From positions 4,134-68,133 of IMG/VR virus record IMGVR_UViG_3300018875_000005: a stretch of DNA of 64,000 nt, one strand, 5' to 3'. The position numbers and the translations under genes were made by a program. The notes beneath the pieces are model-generated. The model was given only the letters and a program-made list of their open reading frames with translations. It was not told where the DNA came from and did no database searches. The stretch is from a virus. Positions 44,782 to 53,425 of this stretch are shown in pieces. Within the stretch, counting starts at the first letter, position 1. Each line of letters begins with the position of its first letter.

Positions 44782-46104
44782 ATGGGGGATTTGCGTCATT
44801 CATCCGCCCCTATCGGCGGCACCGAGTACCGCATCCCCGACCACCAGCAGCACATCCACAGCACCCCGTGCCGCCGCACCGGCCCCCGCCGCTGGCTCCG
44901 CGCCGTCACCTGGGCCGTCGCCGCCGGACTCCACCCCAAGGCCACCGCCACCACCCTCGCCGTCGCCGAAGACCTCGCCGGCCGCATGCACTTCGACACC
45001 GGCCACGTCCTGTACGGCCTCGACAAGATGGTCGCCCGGCTCGGCCTCTCCCGGTCCTGCATCACCGCCCACATCCGCATCCTCCGGGAGATGGGCCTCC
45101 TCGCCTGGGTCCAGCAGGGCACCCGCGCCAACATCCGCCGCGCTCTCGGCCTCAAGGGGTACGCCGGGACCGCCACCGTGTACGCCGCGACCATCCCCCC
45201 CGCCTACGACACCGCCATGGGTCACCGCACCGTCGGCGCCGGCTACACCGCGCGGGTCGTCGTGGACTACCGGACCATGCCGAAGCCGTCAGGAGAGTCT
45301 TCCCTCGGCGACTCCCATGACGGCTCCCCTGAGACTCCCCAGACTGCCGCGAAACGATCTTCGTGGACCCCTTCCCTAAACGTGGTTAAGGAGGAGGAGA
45401 AGGTTCAGGTGAGTGGTGGGTTTACTACTACCGCTGGCGCGGCAGCCAACCACGAGCCCGCCCCCACCAACACCGACAACGCCACCGGCAGCCGCCGCGG
45501 CGGAAAGGGCCGCGACAAGGCCAGCCGGAAGCGCACCACGATCTGCGGGCAGCCCATCACCGGCCGCATGATCGCCGAGGCCCGGCGCCTCGCCCCCCAC
45601 CTGCGGGCCCGCGTCAACTGGCTCCAGAAAGCCAGCTACGGCCAGCTCTCCTGGGTGCTCCTGGACCCGATCGCCTGGGGCTGGGACGAGGAGCAGATCG
45701 TCTCCTGGTGCTACGCCCTCGGCCGCGTCTCCCACGACGGCCGCCCGTGGCGCCCCCGCTGTCCGCACCGCGTCCTCGCCAAGCACCTCCGCGCCGAACA
45801 CGACCAGGCCACCGTCGAGACCGGCCTCGTCACCGCCGCCGAGAGCCCGTCCTGGCAGGCGTACCTGCTGCGCCAGTCCCTCGCCGCCCTCGCCACCGAG
45901 GCCGCCAACGACCTCGAGGACACCACCCCGGCCCGCACCGACGAAGACCGCCGCATCGCCCGCTACCACGGCATGAACGACCTCGCCGCGGTCGCCGACC
46001 ACGTCGAACGCGACCCCGACGACGCCCTCGACCTGTACGGCACCTACCTGTGCACCCGCGCCATCCGCCTCACCGCCTCCACCCACTTCACCCAAGGAGC
46101 CTGA
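44782..46104 (+). CDS. Plasmid-type replication initiator (HTH Rep)
   Basis: N-terminal wHTH (KMVARLGLSRSCITAHIRILREMGLLAWV), ATVYAATIP motif, central low-GC linker; start uncertain (44740/44782). Confidence 0.65.
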   Translation: MGDLRHSSAPIGGTEYRIPDHQQHIHSTPCRRTGPRRWLRAVTWAVAAGLHPKATATTLAVAEDLAGRMHFDTGHVLYGLDKMVARLGLSRSCITAHIRILREMGLLAWVQQGTRANIRRALGLKGYAGTATVYAATIPPAYDTAMGHRTVGAGYTARVVVDYRTMPKPSGESSLGDSHDGSPETPQTAAKRSSWTPSLNVVKEEEKVQVSGGFTTTAGAAANHEPAPTNTDNATGSRRGGKGRDKASRKRTTICGQPITGRMIAEARRLAPHLRARVNWLQKASYGQLSWVLLDPIAWGWDEEQIVSWCYALGRVSHDGRPWRPRCPHRVLAKHLRAEHDQATVETGLVTAAESPSWQAYLLRQSLAALATEAANDLEDTTPARTDEDRRIARYHGMNDLAAVADHVERDPDDALDLYGTYLCTRAIRLTASTHFTQGA

Positions 46105-46107
46105 CCC

Positions 46108-46566
46108 GTGACCGACAACCGAGACATCCTCGCCTGGCTGGACGCCGCCATCAGCCTTCGTGAAGCGGCGGCAAAGGATGCTGCGCGCTCGTACGGACCT
46201 AGGTGGGTTCGCCCGGTCGACAGCGACATGGTGCGCGTCTCGGAAGACGACATCTGGTTCCAGGCGCTGAGCGACGAGATTGCTGAGCACATCGTCTACA
46301 ACAGCCCCGAGGTGGTGCTGCGGCGCTGCGCCGCCGACCGGAAGACGCTGAGCTACTACCGCTCCCTCAAAAGCATCGCCGAAACGCCCGACGAGGAGCA
46401 GAAGACCCGGCAGCGGTGGAAAGACGGCCGCGCCTCCGCAGGTGAAATGATCGACGCGCTGAACGCCGGGGCTCTCCGCGAACACGCCCTCCAGTCCCTC
46501 GAAGCGCTGGAGCCCGTCATCCGCAACCTCGCCGAGGGCTACGGCTGGACGGAGGGCGGCCAGTGA
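46108..46566 (+). CDS. DUF6221-like protein (paralog 2)
   Basis: DILAWLDAAI...HIVYNSPEVVLRRCAAD...LAEGYGW. Confidence 0.75.
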   Translation: MTDNRDILAWLDAAISLREAAAKDAARSYGPRWVRPVDSDMVRVSEDDIWFQALSDEIAEHIVYNSPEVVLRRCAADRKTLSYYRSLKSIAETPDEEQKTRQRWKDGRASAGEMIDALNAGALREHALQSLEALEPVIRNLAEGYGWTEGGQ

Positions 46567-47354
46567 CCACCACGCCCGAGCACTCCGGCGCCGACCTCGC
46601 CCGCGTCGCCCTCGCCGCCGCCCGCAAGGCCGCCAAAACCCGCCCCGTCAACGACCGGGCCGCCCGCCGGCGCCGCACCACCCGCCGCCGCGGCACCGGC
46701 CGCGACCCCCTCCAGCTCGGCGCCGCCATCGGCCAGCTCATGGACGACCGCGCCTGGGACGCCCCCACCGCCGGCGCGGACATCGTCGCCGACTGGCCCA
46801 CCATCGCCCCCGAACTCGCCGGGCACGTCGCCGCCGAACGCTTCGACACCGACACCGGCGTCCTGTGGCTGCGCCCCGCCTCCCCCGCCTACGCCGCGAA
46901 CCTCCGCCTCCTCGAACGCCAGATGGTCCGCCGCATCAACGAGAAAGCCGGCCGGGACATAGTCCGGGGCCTGCGGGTCCTCACCCCCGGCCGCATCGAC
47001 CCCGCCCCCGCGGCGGCGCCCGCCTTTACCGCGGTAAAGCCCACCCCGGCGCCGGAGCCTGCCGAGCCGCTGCCCCCGCACCCCGCCTACCTCGCCGCCC
47101 GCGAAGCCATCCGCGCCGCACAACAGGCCCACGACAACAACCCCGAACAGGCCCTGCGCGACCGGTACTTCGCCGGGCACCGCAACACCCTCCGCGAACC
47201 CGACCCCGCGTTCGCCGACGCCGTCACCGCCCTCGAGACCGCCCAGACCGCCGAGGACCGGGACGCCGCCCGACGGGCCGCCATCGCCCGCGCCCGCGAC
47301 CAGCGCGCCGGCCGCTACCCCACCACCCCCCGACCCCTCGGCGGCGCCGCCTGA
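46563..47354 (+). CDS. DciA/DUF721-family protein
   Basis: DLARVALAAAR, DPLQLGAAI, WPTIAPELAGH, LWLRPASPAYAANLRL motifs. Confidence 0.8.
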   Translation: MTTTPEHSGADLARVALAAARKAAKTRPVNDRAARRRRTTRRRGTGRDPLQLGAAIGQLMDDRAWDAPTAGADIVADWPTIAPELAGHVAAERFDTDTGVLWLRPASPAYAANLRLLERQMVRRINEKAGRDIVRGLRVLTPGRIDPAPAAAPAFTAVKPTPAPEPAEPLPPHPAYLAAREAIRAAQQAHDNNPEQALRDRYFAGHRNTLREPDPAFADAVTALETAQTAEDRDAARRAAIARARDQRAGRYPTTPRPLGGAA

Positions 47355-47361
47355 GCCACGG

Positions 47362-47928
47362 CTACCCCGCTTCGACGACCTCCTCGAGAGCCCCGTGCTC
47401 ATCCAGATGCCAGCGGACTCCTGCCTCGTCGGTGAAGTAGACGTGCGGCCGGTTGTTGTCCACCGACGCCTCCGGCCACCGCGACGAGTAGAAGAACGCC
47501 ACACGCTCCGCGCCCAGCAGCGGGACCGGCACCGACCAAGGATTCCCGTCGAAGTCCGTGGCCCGGGAAGCGTTGTACGCCTCCCCGAACCTCACCAGAA
47601 CATCCCGGACTGGCGCGTCGCTGTCGTTCCGTACCAGCACGAACCAGTGGTCGTACCCCTCGAAGCCGCCCATGCCGTCGTCTCTGCCGCCGCTCTTATG
47701 AGGCTCCATCCGTATCTGGGCAGCCTGCGCCCGCTTCCGGTCCTCCGCCACGGCCAGCAGCTCGGCCCGCTCCAGCGACAGAACCTCCTGCTGCCGTTCG
47801 ATGAAGTCCTGCTGCTCCTTGATCTGCTTCTGCTGGCTCCGCAGTGTCTTGTACGCCGCCCACGCCGCCGCTGCCGCGAACGCGGCCCCCACCCACGTCG
47901 GGGCGTCCCCCCAGTCGATCCAGTCCAC
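47362..47928 (-). CDS. Membrane-anchored coiled-coil protein (probably leaderless)
   Basis: TAGGCT -10 box 6 nt before GTG; N-terminal TM, QQ-rich coil, beta-rich C-domain. Confidence 0.75.
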   Translation of the reverse strand: MDWIDWGDAPTWVGAAFAAAAAWAAYKTLRSQQKQIKEQQDFIERQQEVLSLERAELLAVAEDRKRAQAAQIRMEPHKSGGRDDGMGGFEGYDHWFVLVRNDSDAPVRDVLVRFGEAYNASRATDFDGNPWSVPVPLLGAERVAFFYSSRWPEASVDNNRPHVYFTDEAGVRWHLDEHGALEEVVEAG

Positions 47929-48040
47929 GGCCGCAGCCTACGAACGGCCGCCTGCCCTCGGGGCCGATCCGGGGCAATCCCCCGGCCACGACTGCGGCAC
48001 CGTAGACCCCACCCCTTCCCCCGAGAACAGGAGCACCGCC

Positions 48041-48139
48041 ATGCGCGACCCCCTCCACCTCAGCCTCCTCGCCGTCCTCCTCATCGCCATCGCCCTCGTC
48101 ACCGCCGCCCTGACGATCACCGCGCGGGAGGGCCTGTGA
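48041..48139 (+). CDS. 32-aa hydrophobic peptide
   Basis: RBS AGGAG; LSLLAVLLIAIALVTAALTI. Confidence 0.55.
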   Translation: MRDPLHLSLLAVLLIAIALVTAALTITAREGL

Positions 48140-48318
48140 CCACCACCCCCGCCCGGCCCGTCACCACCATCCGCACCCAGCCACGCCCCCAACCCCCGGA
48201 CTGGCGCCACGTGTTCCTCGAGCCCGCCTACACCGACGGCCGCCCCTGGAATGACCCCCACGACGACGGCAGACCCGGCTGCGAAGACGAGGAGGACGCC
48301 GTCGTCATTACGACGTAA
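48136..48318 (+). CDS. Small hypothetical protein
   Basis: GTGA overlap. Confidence 0.5.
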   Translation: MTTTPARPVTTIRTQPRPQPPDWRHVFLEPAYTDGRPWNDPHDDGRPGCEDEEDAVVITT

Positions 48319-48322
48319 TGAC
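48304..48322. promoter_or_regulatory. parS-like palindrome 1
   Basis: GTCATTACG-A-CGTAATGAC. Confidence 0.7.
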
Positions 48323-48357
48323 GGCCCGTCTCCGGCTGCGGGACAGCCGCCCGGGGC

Positions 48358-48384
48358 GGTCTTCATTACGGCGTAATGAAGACC
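48358..48384. promoter_or_regulatory. parS-like palindrome 2
   Basis: GGTCTTCATTACG-G-CGTAATGAAGACC (27 bp). Confidence 0.7.
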
Positions 48385-48450
48385 GGGCGGGAGAGTGAAA
48401 CACGGAGCCTCCTGCTCCTCACCCGCCTCACGCGTCAGTATGGTGACGCC

Positions 48451-49599
48451 ATGGCATCTCCGTATCCCGACGGCGACCGGGAAAAGGTAGCGTCGAAGCT
48501 CCCGGCCGCACTCCGGCAAGAACTCAAGATCCGCACCGCCGAGCACGGCGTCGACATCCAAGACGCCGTCACCGAAGGCATCCACGCCTGGCGCGCCGAC
48601 GACGGCCCGCATCCGACCGTCGACACCGCCGGCGCCGAGTCCTTCTCCACCTGGCTCCCCGCCGGCCTCTACGACTCCTTCAAGACGACCTGCACCGCCC
48701 GCGGCATCTCCTACACCCAGGGCCTAGCCCAGTCCGTCCGCCGCTGGCTGGAGACCCACCCCTCCCCCGGCCGGCAGCCCCACACCGGACCCCAGCGCAA
48801 AATCGTCTGCAACCAGAAGGGCGGCGTGGGCAAGACCGCCATCGCCGCGGGGATCGCCCAGGCATACGCCGAGGACGGCAAGCGGGTCCTCCTCATCGAC
48901 TACGACCCCCAGGGCCACCTGACCGAACAGCTCGGCATCGCCCAGATCCCGCCGGGCGAGGACAGCCTGGTGGCCCACATGTGCGCCGAGGGCAAAGCCG
49001 ACCTCCGCGACCTGCTGGTCACCTTCGAAGACGAGCGCTTCGGCAAGCGGCTCCAGATACTGCCCGCGTGCTTCGACGGGTTCCTCCTGGACGCGAAGAT
49101 CGCCACTAACACCCGCATCCGGCGCCGCGAGACCACTCTGGAGCGGGCCCTGGAACCGCTGGAGGCGGACTTCGACGTCGTCGTCATCGACTGCCCGCCG
49201 TCCCTGGGTATCGCCATGGACGCCGCCATCTACTACGGCCGCCGCCGCGAGGGGGAGCCCGAAGGCGTCTCCGGCGTCATCATCCCCGTCCTCGCCGAGG
49301 ACTCCTCCGCCACCGCCTACGCCATGCTCACCGAACAGATCGAATCGCTGAAGGAAGATCTCGAGCTGGAACTGGACTACCTCGGCCTGGTGGTGAACCT
49401 GTACGACTCCCGCCGCGGGTTCGTCGCCACCTCCAGCCTCAAGCAGTGGAAGAGCCTGGGCGACCCCCCAGTCCTGGCGGTCATTGGAGACCTGAAGGAG
49501 CAGCGCGAGGCCGTCCGCATGGGCAAGCCGCTGCTGACCTACGCCCCCCACTGCGACCAGGCCGAGGCCATGCGGCAGATCGCGAGGGCCGCATCGTGA
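48451..49599 (+). CDS. parA: ParA partition ATPase with N-terminal tandem RHH-like domains
   Basis: NQKGGVGKT, LLIDYDPQG, VIDCPPSLG; TATGGT -10 box 6 nt before the ATG (leaderless). Confidence 0.92.
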   Translation: MASPYPDGDREKVASKLPAALRQELKIRTAEHGVDIQDAVTEGIHAWRADDGPHPTVDTAGAESFSTWLPAGLYDSFKTTCTARGISYTQGLAQSVRRWLETHPSPGRQPHTGPQRKIVCNQKGGVGKTAIAAGIAQAYAEDGKRVLLIDYDPQGHLTEQLGIAQIPPGEDSLVAHMCAEGKADLRDLLVTFEDERFGKRLQILPACFDGFLLDAKIATNTRIRRRETTLERALEPLEADFDVVVIDCPPSLGIAMDAAIYYGRRREGEPEGVSGVIIPVLAEDSSATAYAMLTEQIESLKEDLELELDYLGLVVNLYDSRRGFVATSSLKQWKSLGDPPVLAVIGDLKEQREAVRMGKPLLTYAPHCDQAEAMRQIARAAS

Positions 49600-50603
49600 C
49601 CGGCAAGGCCAAGCAGCTCGGCGCCTCGTCGGCGTTCGGCCGCGCCGGGACCGCCCGCAGCGCCCGCGGCCGACTCGCCGAGAAGGTCCTGGGCGGCAGC
49701 GACGACGGGCCGACCCGTCTCGCTCTCCACCTGCTCAGCCACAACCCGGACAACCCGCGTGACTCCCTGCCCGACGTCACCGAGCTGGCCGCGTCCCTAC
49801 GGGACCACGGGCAGAAGTCCGCGGTGACCATCATGTCCCGCGAGGCGTATCTGGCGGCCAACCCCGGCCGCGAGGACGAACTCGAACCGCGGGCGGAGTA
49901 CGTCGTCATCGACGGCAACTGCCGCCTGGCCGCCGCCCGGCAGGCCGGCCTGTCCTCACTGCGGGTCATGATGGACGAGTCCCTGGGCGGCGACCCGGAC
50001 GAGCTGCTGGAGTCCGCGCTGGTGGCCAACATCCACCGCCAGGACCTGGCCCCCCTGGACGAGGCGCGGGCGCTGAAGAAGCTGCTGGAAGTGCACGGCA
50101 CTCAGGAGAAGCTGGCCAAGCGGCTGCACCGCTCCCAGGGCTGGGTCTCCCAGCGGCTGGCGCTGCTGTCCCTGACGCCCGAGCTGCAAAAGCGCCTCGA
50201 GGCCGGGGAGGAGCCGGTAGACCTGCTGCGCGCGGTGGGGAAGAAGCCGCCGGAGCGGCAGGAAGAGGAACTGGCGCGGCTGAAGGAGGAACGGACCCGG
50301 AAGCAGACTGCGAGGCAGGCGGCGAAGCAGTCCGGGGAAGACGGCCATTACGGCGTAATGAGGAGGAAGGCGCGCCCGGCCGCGTCTCCCGTTCCCGCGA
50401 CCGGGGAAACCCCGCCTCCACCGGTCCCGCCGGCTCAAGCCGAGCCGCCTGCCCCGCCGGCCCCGACTGGAGCGGCTGGAACGGAACCGCGGCGGGTGAC
50501 GGTGACACTGCCGCTGCACGACCCCGGGGCGGTGTGCCTGATCCTGCGCGAGCGGATGGAGCCCGAGGCGTTGCAGACCCTCATCAAGCTCCTCACCCAG
50601 TAG
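49596..50603 (+). CDS. parB: ParB partition protein
   Basis: NPDNPR, VIDGNCRLAAA, LVANIHRQDL, HTH TQEKLAKRLHRSQGWVSQRL. Confidence 0.92.
   Translation: MTGKAKQLGASSAFGRAGTARSARGRLAEKVLGGSDDGPTRLALHLLSHNPDNPRDSLPDVTELAASLRDHGQKSAVTIMSREAYLAANPGREDELEPRAEYVVIDGNCRLAAARQAGLSSLRVMMDESLGGDPDELLESALVANIHRQDLAPLDEARALKKLLEVHGTQEKLAKRLHRSQGWVSQRLALLSLTPELQKRLEAGEEPVDLLRAVGKKPPERQEEELARLKEERTRKQTARQAAKQSGEDGHYGVMRRKARPAASPVPATGETPPPPVPPAQAEPPAPPAPTGAAGTEPRRVTVTLPLHDPGAVCLILRERMEPEALQTLIKLLTQ
50346..50360. promoter_or_regulatory. parS-like palindrome 3 inside parB
   Basis: CATTACG-G-CGTAATG. Confidence 0.65.
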
Positions 50604-50908
50604 GGAGCGCCCCGCATACGGGGGTTTGCGGGTGTTTGGGTTCACCCGTTCGGGTGACGCCCTGGCATATGCCTTCCCTATACACACAGTTCTGCGGCAC
50701 CGTGGACACGTCGCCGATTCCCTACGGGTCGGCGACGCCGGGCACGGGGGAGCGGCATCCGGTGGTCTCACAGCCCCTGGGGGTTGTGGCGCGCACAGCA
50801 GCCCTCGGGGCTGTGTTCGCAGCCCACCCGCCGCCTCCCGGCCCGCGCGGACCTCGCCCTCCTCCGCGCCCCTACCTGCGTGACCGGAACCGGGGCTAGA
50901 CTGGCCGC

Positions 50909-50990
50909 ATCTGACGGGCCTGCCCGTGAGGTCACCGCCCCCGCCGGAGTCGTTGTCGGCAAACTCCGCTCCGGCCCGGGGGCGTTTTTT
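50909..50990 (+). ncRNA. Candidate ~80-nt small RNA
   Basis: TAGACT -10 box at 50897, a short hairpin, then CGCCCCCG...CGGGGGCG-TTTTTT terminator; no ORF between them. Confidence 0.35.
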
Positions 50991-51258
50991 ACTGCCCGCC
51001 CCTGCGCCACGCTCGGGACGACTTAGGGCGCACTTACCTATGCGGGGGCGCCCACAGGGCGTACGATCACCGAAAACACAACCTGTGGCCAAAACACGAC
51101 CCCGAAATTGGACACCGAGGGTCATGTTGGCGCCAAATCGTAAGCGGAGTCTCACTCTGCGGCACCAACGGTGGCACAGTGAGGCCCACCGGCCCCGGGC
51201 CGCCGGCAGCCCGCGCGCCGCACCCCTTCCCTACGCGCCGGCCCGAGCGGAGACGCCC

Positions 51259-51624
51259 ATGCCCGGAGACCCGGCAGGCCCCACCCCGCCGCACACCCCC
51301 AACGTCGTCCCCCTGTGCCCCCACCGCCGCGCCGCCGCCTCCTCCCGCCCCGCCGGCGACTGCGGCACCCCCCGGGAACCCGACGCCCCCGCGGCCCCCG
51401 CCGAAACCCCCGAGGCGATCCTCACCCAGACCATCCAGGCCCTCTACCTCCACCGCGGCCGGTCCCTGACCGACCCCGACACCGCCGAGGCGTACGACAT
51501 CGCCCTGGAGGCCGCCCTCGTCATGGTCGACGCCGTCTTCGTCCAGGGCCACATGGGAAACGACGCCCACCACCGGCTGCGGCACATGGTCACCGCCGCC
51601 CGCCGCGTCCCCGACCTGCTCTAA
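51259..51624 (+). CDS. Hypothetical protein
   Basis: RBS GGAG; helical C-terminal half. Confidence 0.55.
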   Translation: MPGDPAGPTPPHTPNVVPLCPHRRAAASSRPAGDCGTPREPDAPAAPAETPEAILTQTIQALYLHRGRSLTDPDTAEAYDIALEAALVMVDAVFVQGHMGNDAHHRLRHMVTAARRVPDLL

Positions 51625-51811
51625 ACCGGCCACCAGCGGGAAAAGGCAGACGCTGCCTTTTCCCTACGAGTCGTTCACGATCGAACCACTCTGTGCCACG
51701 ATGAGTACTGTCCGGATCACCCGGCAGCTCATCATCCGGCCCCGGCGCGCGCCCCGCAGCACCCCAGTACCGCGCTCCGCGCCCCTCGGGCCACCTCGTG
51801 GAGGGGACGCC

Positions 51812-52360
51812 ATGGGAGCAGACGACACCGCCCACACCGCCGCAGCCCGACTGCGCCTCCTCGTCAACGAGTTCACCACGCCCCGCCGCACCGGCGGGGC
51901 CGCCGAGAGTCCGGTGCCGCGGCAGCTCCCCACTCAGCCCTCCACCCCGGTGGACCTCGGCATGCTGGACTACGTGCAGCGCCAGATCGGCGAGATCATC
52001 GACCACACCCGGCAGGCCGCCCCCGATGCCGGGCCGCCGCCGGCGGACGTAGTCGACTCCTACCGGTGGATGCGGGACCACACCGCCCATGCCGCCCCCG
52101 AGCAGCGCCTGGCCCGGGACGCCATGATGGAGCGGCACAGCCTGGAGCACGCGCTGGCGATGGGCGACACCAGCGTCATACGCAGGATCACCTGCCCCCG
52201 CTGCCACTGCTGGAGCCTGTTCTGGCAGTCCGCCCGCAGGGTCGCGGCGTGCGTCAACCGCCGCTGCCTCGACCGCGGACGCCCCTCGCTGTGGACGCTC
52301 CGTCAATTGGCGGAATATCGCGTGCAGAAGCGGGCAGTGGCCTCTCGTACCGCAACTTAA
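51812..52360 (+). CDS. Zinc-ribbon-containing hypothetical (possible late regulator)
   Basis: RBS GGAGG; CPRCHCWSL...CVNRRC. Confidence 0.65.
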   Translation: MGADDTAHTAAARLRLLVNEFTTPRRTGGAAESPVPRQLPTQPSTPVDLGMLDYVQRQIGEIIDHTRQAAPDAGPPPADVVDSYRWMRDHTAHAAPEQRLARDAMMERHSLEHALAMGDTSVIRRITCPRCHCWSLFWQSARRVAACVNRRCLDRGRPSLWTLRQLAEYRVQKRAVASRTAT

Positions 52361-52502
52361 GCCGCGCCGAGCGAGTCCAAGTAAGCGGGTACGCGCCACC
52401 CGTACAATCGCATAACGGAACAATCCTGCACGAGTCCCCACCTCTGTCGTGCGGTCACAACCCCTCATCGGCGTCGTTGCTGCGAGCGTCGCCGCCGAGC
52501 CC

Positions 52503-52751
52503 ATGGGAGCCCTCACCGTGGCCACACCGCATCTACCCGAGGACGCCTACGAACTCGTCACCGTGGAGGAGGCATCCGCACTGACACAGCCGACCGAGTA
52601 CCCAGTGTCTGAGCGCACCGTCAGACGGTGGGTGACCGAGAAGGGCCTGCGCCGGGTCCGGCTCGGCGATCGTGGCGCGTACCGCATCTCGTACACCGAC
52701 CTGCTGGAGGTGCAGCGGGACGCGGCCCGCCGCGCCGGCCTCAATCCGTAG
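52503..52751 (+). CDS. HTH (MerR/Xis-like) DNA-binding protein
   Basis: LVTVEEAS...VSERTVRRWV...YTDLLEV; start uncertain. Confidence 0.7.
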   Translation: MGALTVATPHLPEDAYELVTVEEASALTQPTEYPVSERTVRRWVTEKGLRRVRLGDRGAYRISYTDLLEVQRDAARRAGLNP

Positions 52752-52762
52752 TACCTGCTCGT

Positions 52763-52810
52763 AAGCCCTGCCCTGCCCTGCCGGACCCTGACCGGCGGGG
52801 CAGGGCTTTT
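52763..52810 (+). terminator. Rho-independent terminator
   Basis: GCCCTGCC...GGGGCAGGGC followed by TTTT. Confidence 0.7.
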
Positions 52811-52814
52811 CCGT

Positions 52815-52858
52815 ATCCCCATACGTATTGCGTACGCACTACTAACGGGGGTATGGTG
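52815..52858 (+). promoter_or_regulatory. Early promoter/operator copy A
   Basis: TTGCGT-N18-TATGGT with TTGCGTACGCA core; 40/44 identical to 59460-59503. Confidence 0.85.
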
Positions 52859-52926
52859 GCAGGGCCGACAACGGGACGGCCCCGCCACCAGGGGCCGTCC
52901 GGAGTACCTGCCGAAAGAGGCTCGCC

Positions 52927-53289
52927 ATGACCGCCATCCTCGAACCCCCGGTCACCACCACCGCCACCGCGCCCGCGGCCCGCGTCCTCTACCGCGACCT
53001 CACCCCCGCCCAGCGCACCGCCTGGCACACCGCCGAGACCAAGGCCCACGAGGCCGCGCGGCGGCGCAGCATCACCGGCATCCTCACCGCCTGGGCCGTC
53101 GCCGCCGCCGCCCTGAACGTCGCCCTGTCCGACGGCGGCGAACTCGCCGAATGCGGCTGCCCCGAGCAGGGCTGCGACTGCGACGCCATCTACGACGCCG
53201 CCACCGGCGCCGAGACCGTCGACACCGTCGGCGGCGTGCAGACCCCGATCTGTTCCGCCTGCTGGAGCGAGCACCCCCCGGCCGACTGA
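52927..53289 (+). CDS. Hypothetical Cys-rich protein
   Basis: RBS AAAGAGG; CGC...CDC...CSAC. Confidence 0.7.
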   Translation: MTAILEPPVTTTATAPAARVLYRDLTPAQRTAWHTAETKAHEAARRRSITGILTAWAVAAAALNVALSDGGELAECGCPEQGCDCDAIYDAATGAETVDTVGGVQTPICSACWSEHPPAD

Positions 53290-53425
53290 CCAGCCGGCAC
53301 CCCTAGAGCGCCAGCCCGGCCCCGGTCGAGCACCCGCATCCCCGGCGGCAGTAGCACCCGCCGGCCGGGCTGGCACCAACCCGCCTTCTTCCCGCACCAC
53401 CCGACACCGCACCCGGGAGACCGCC

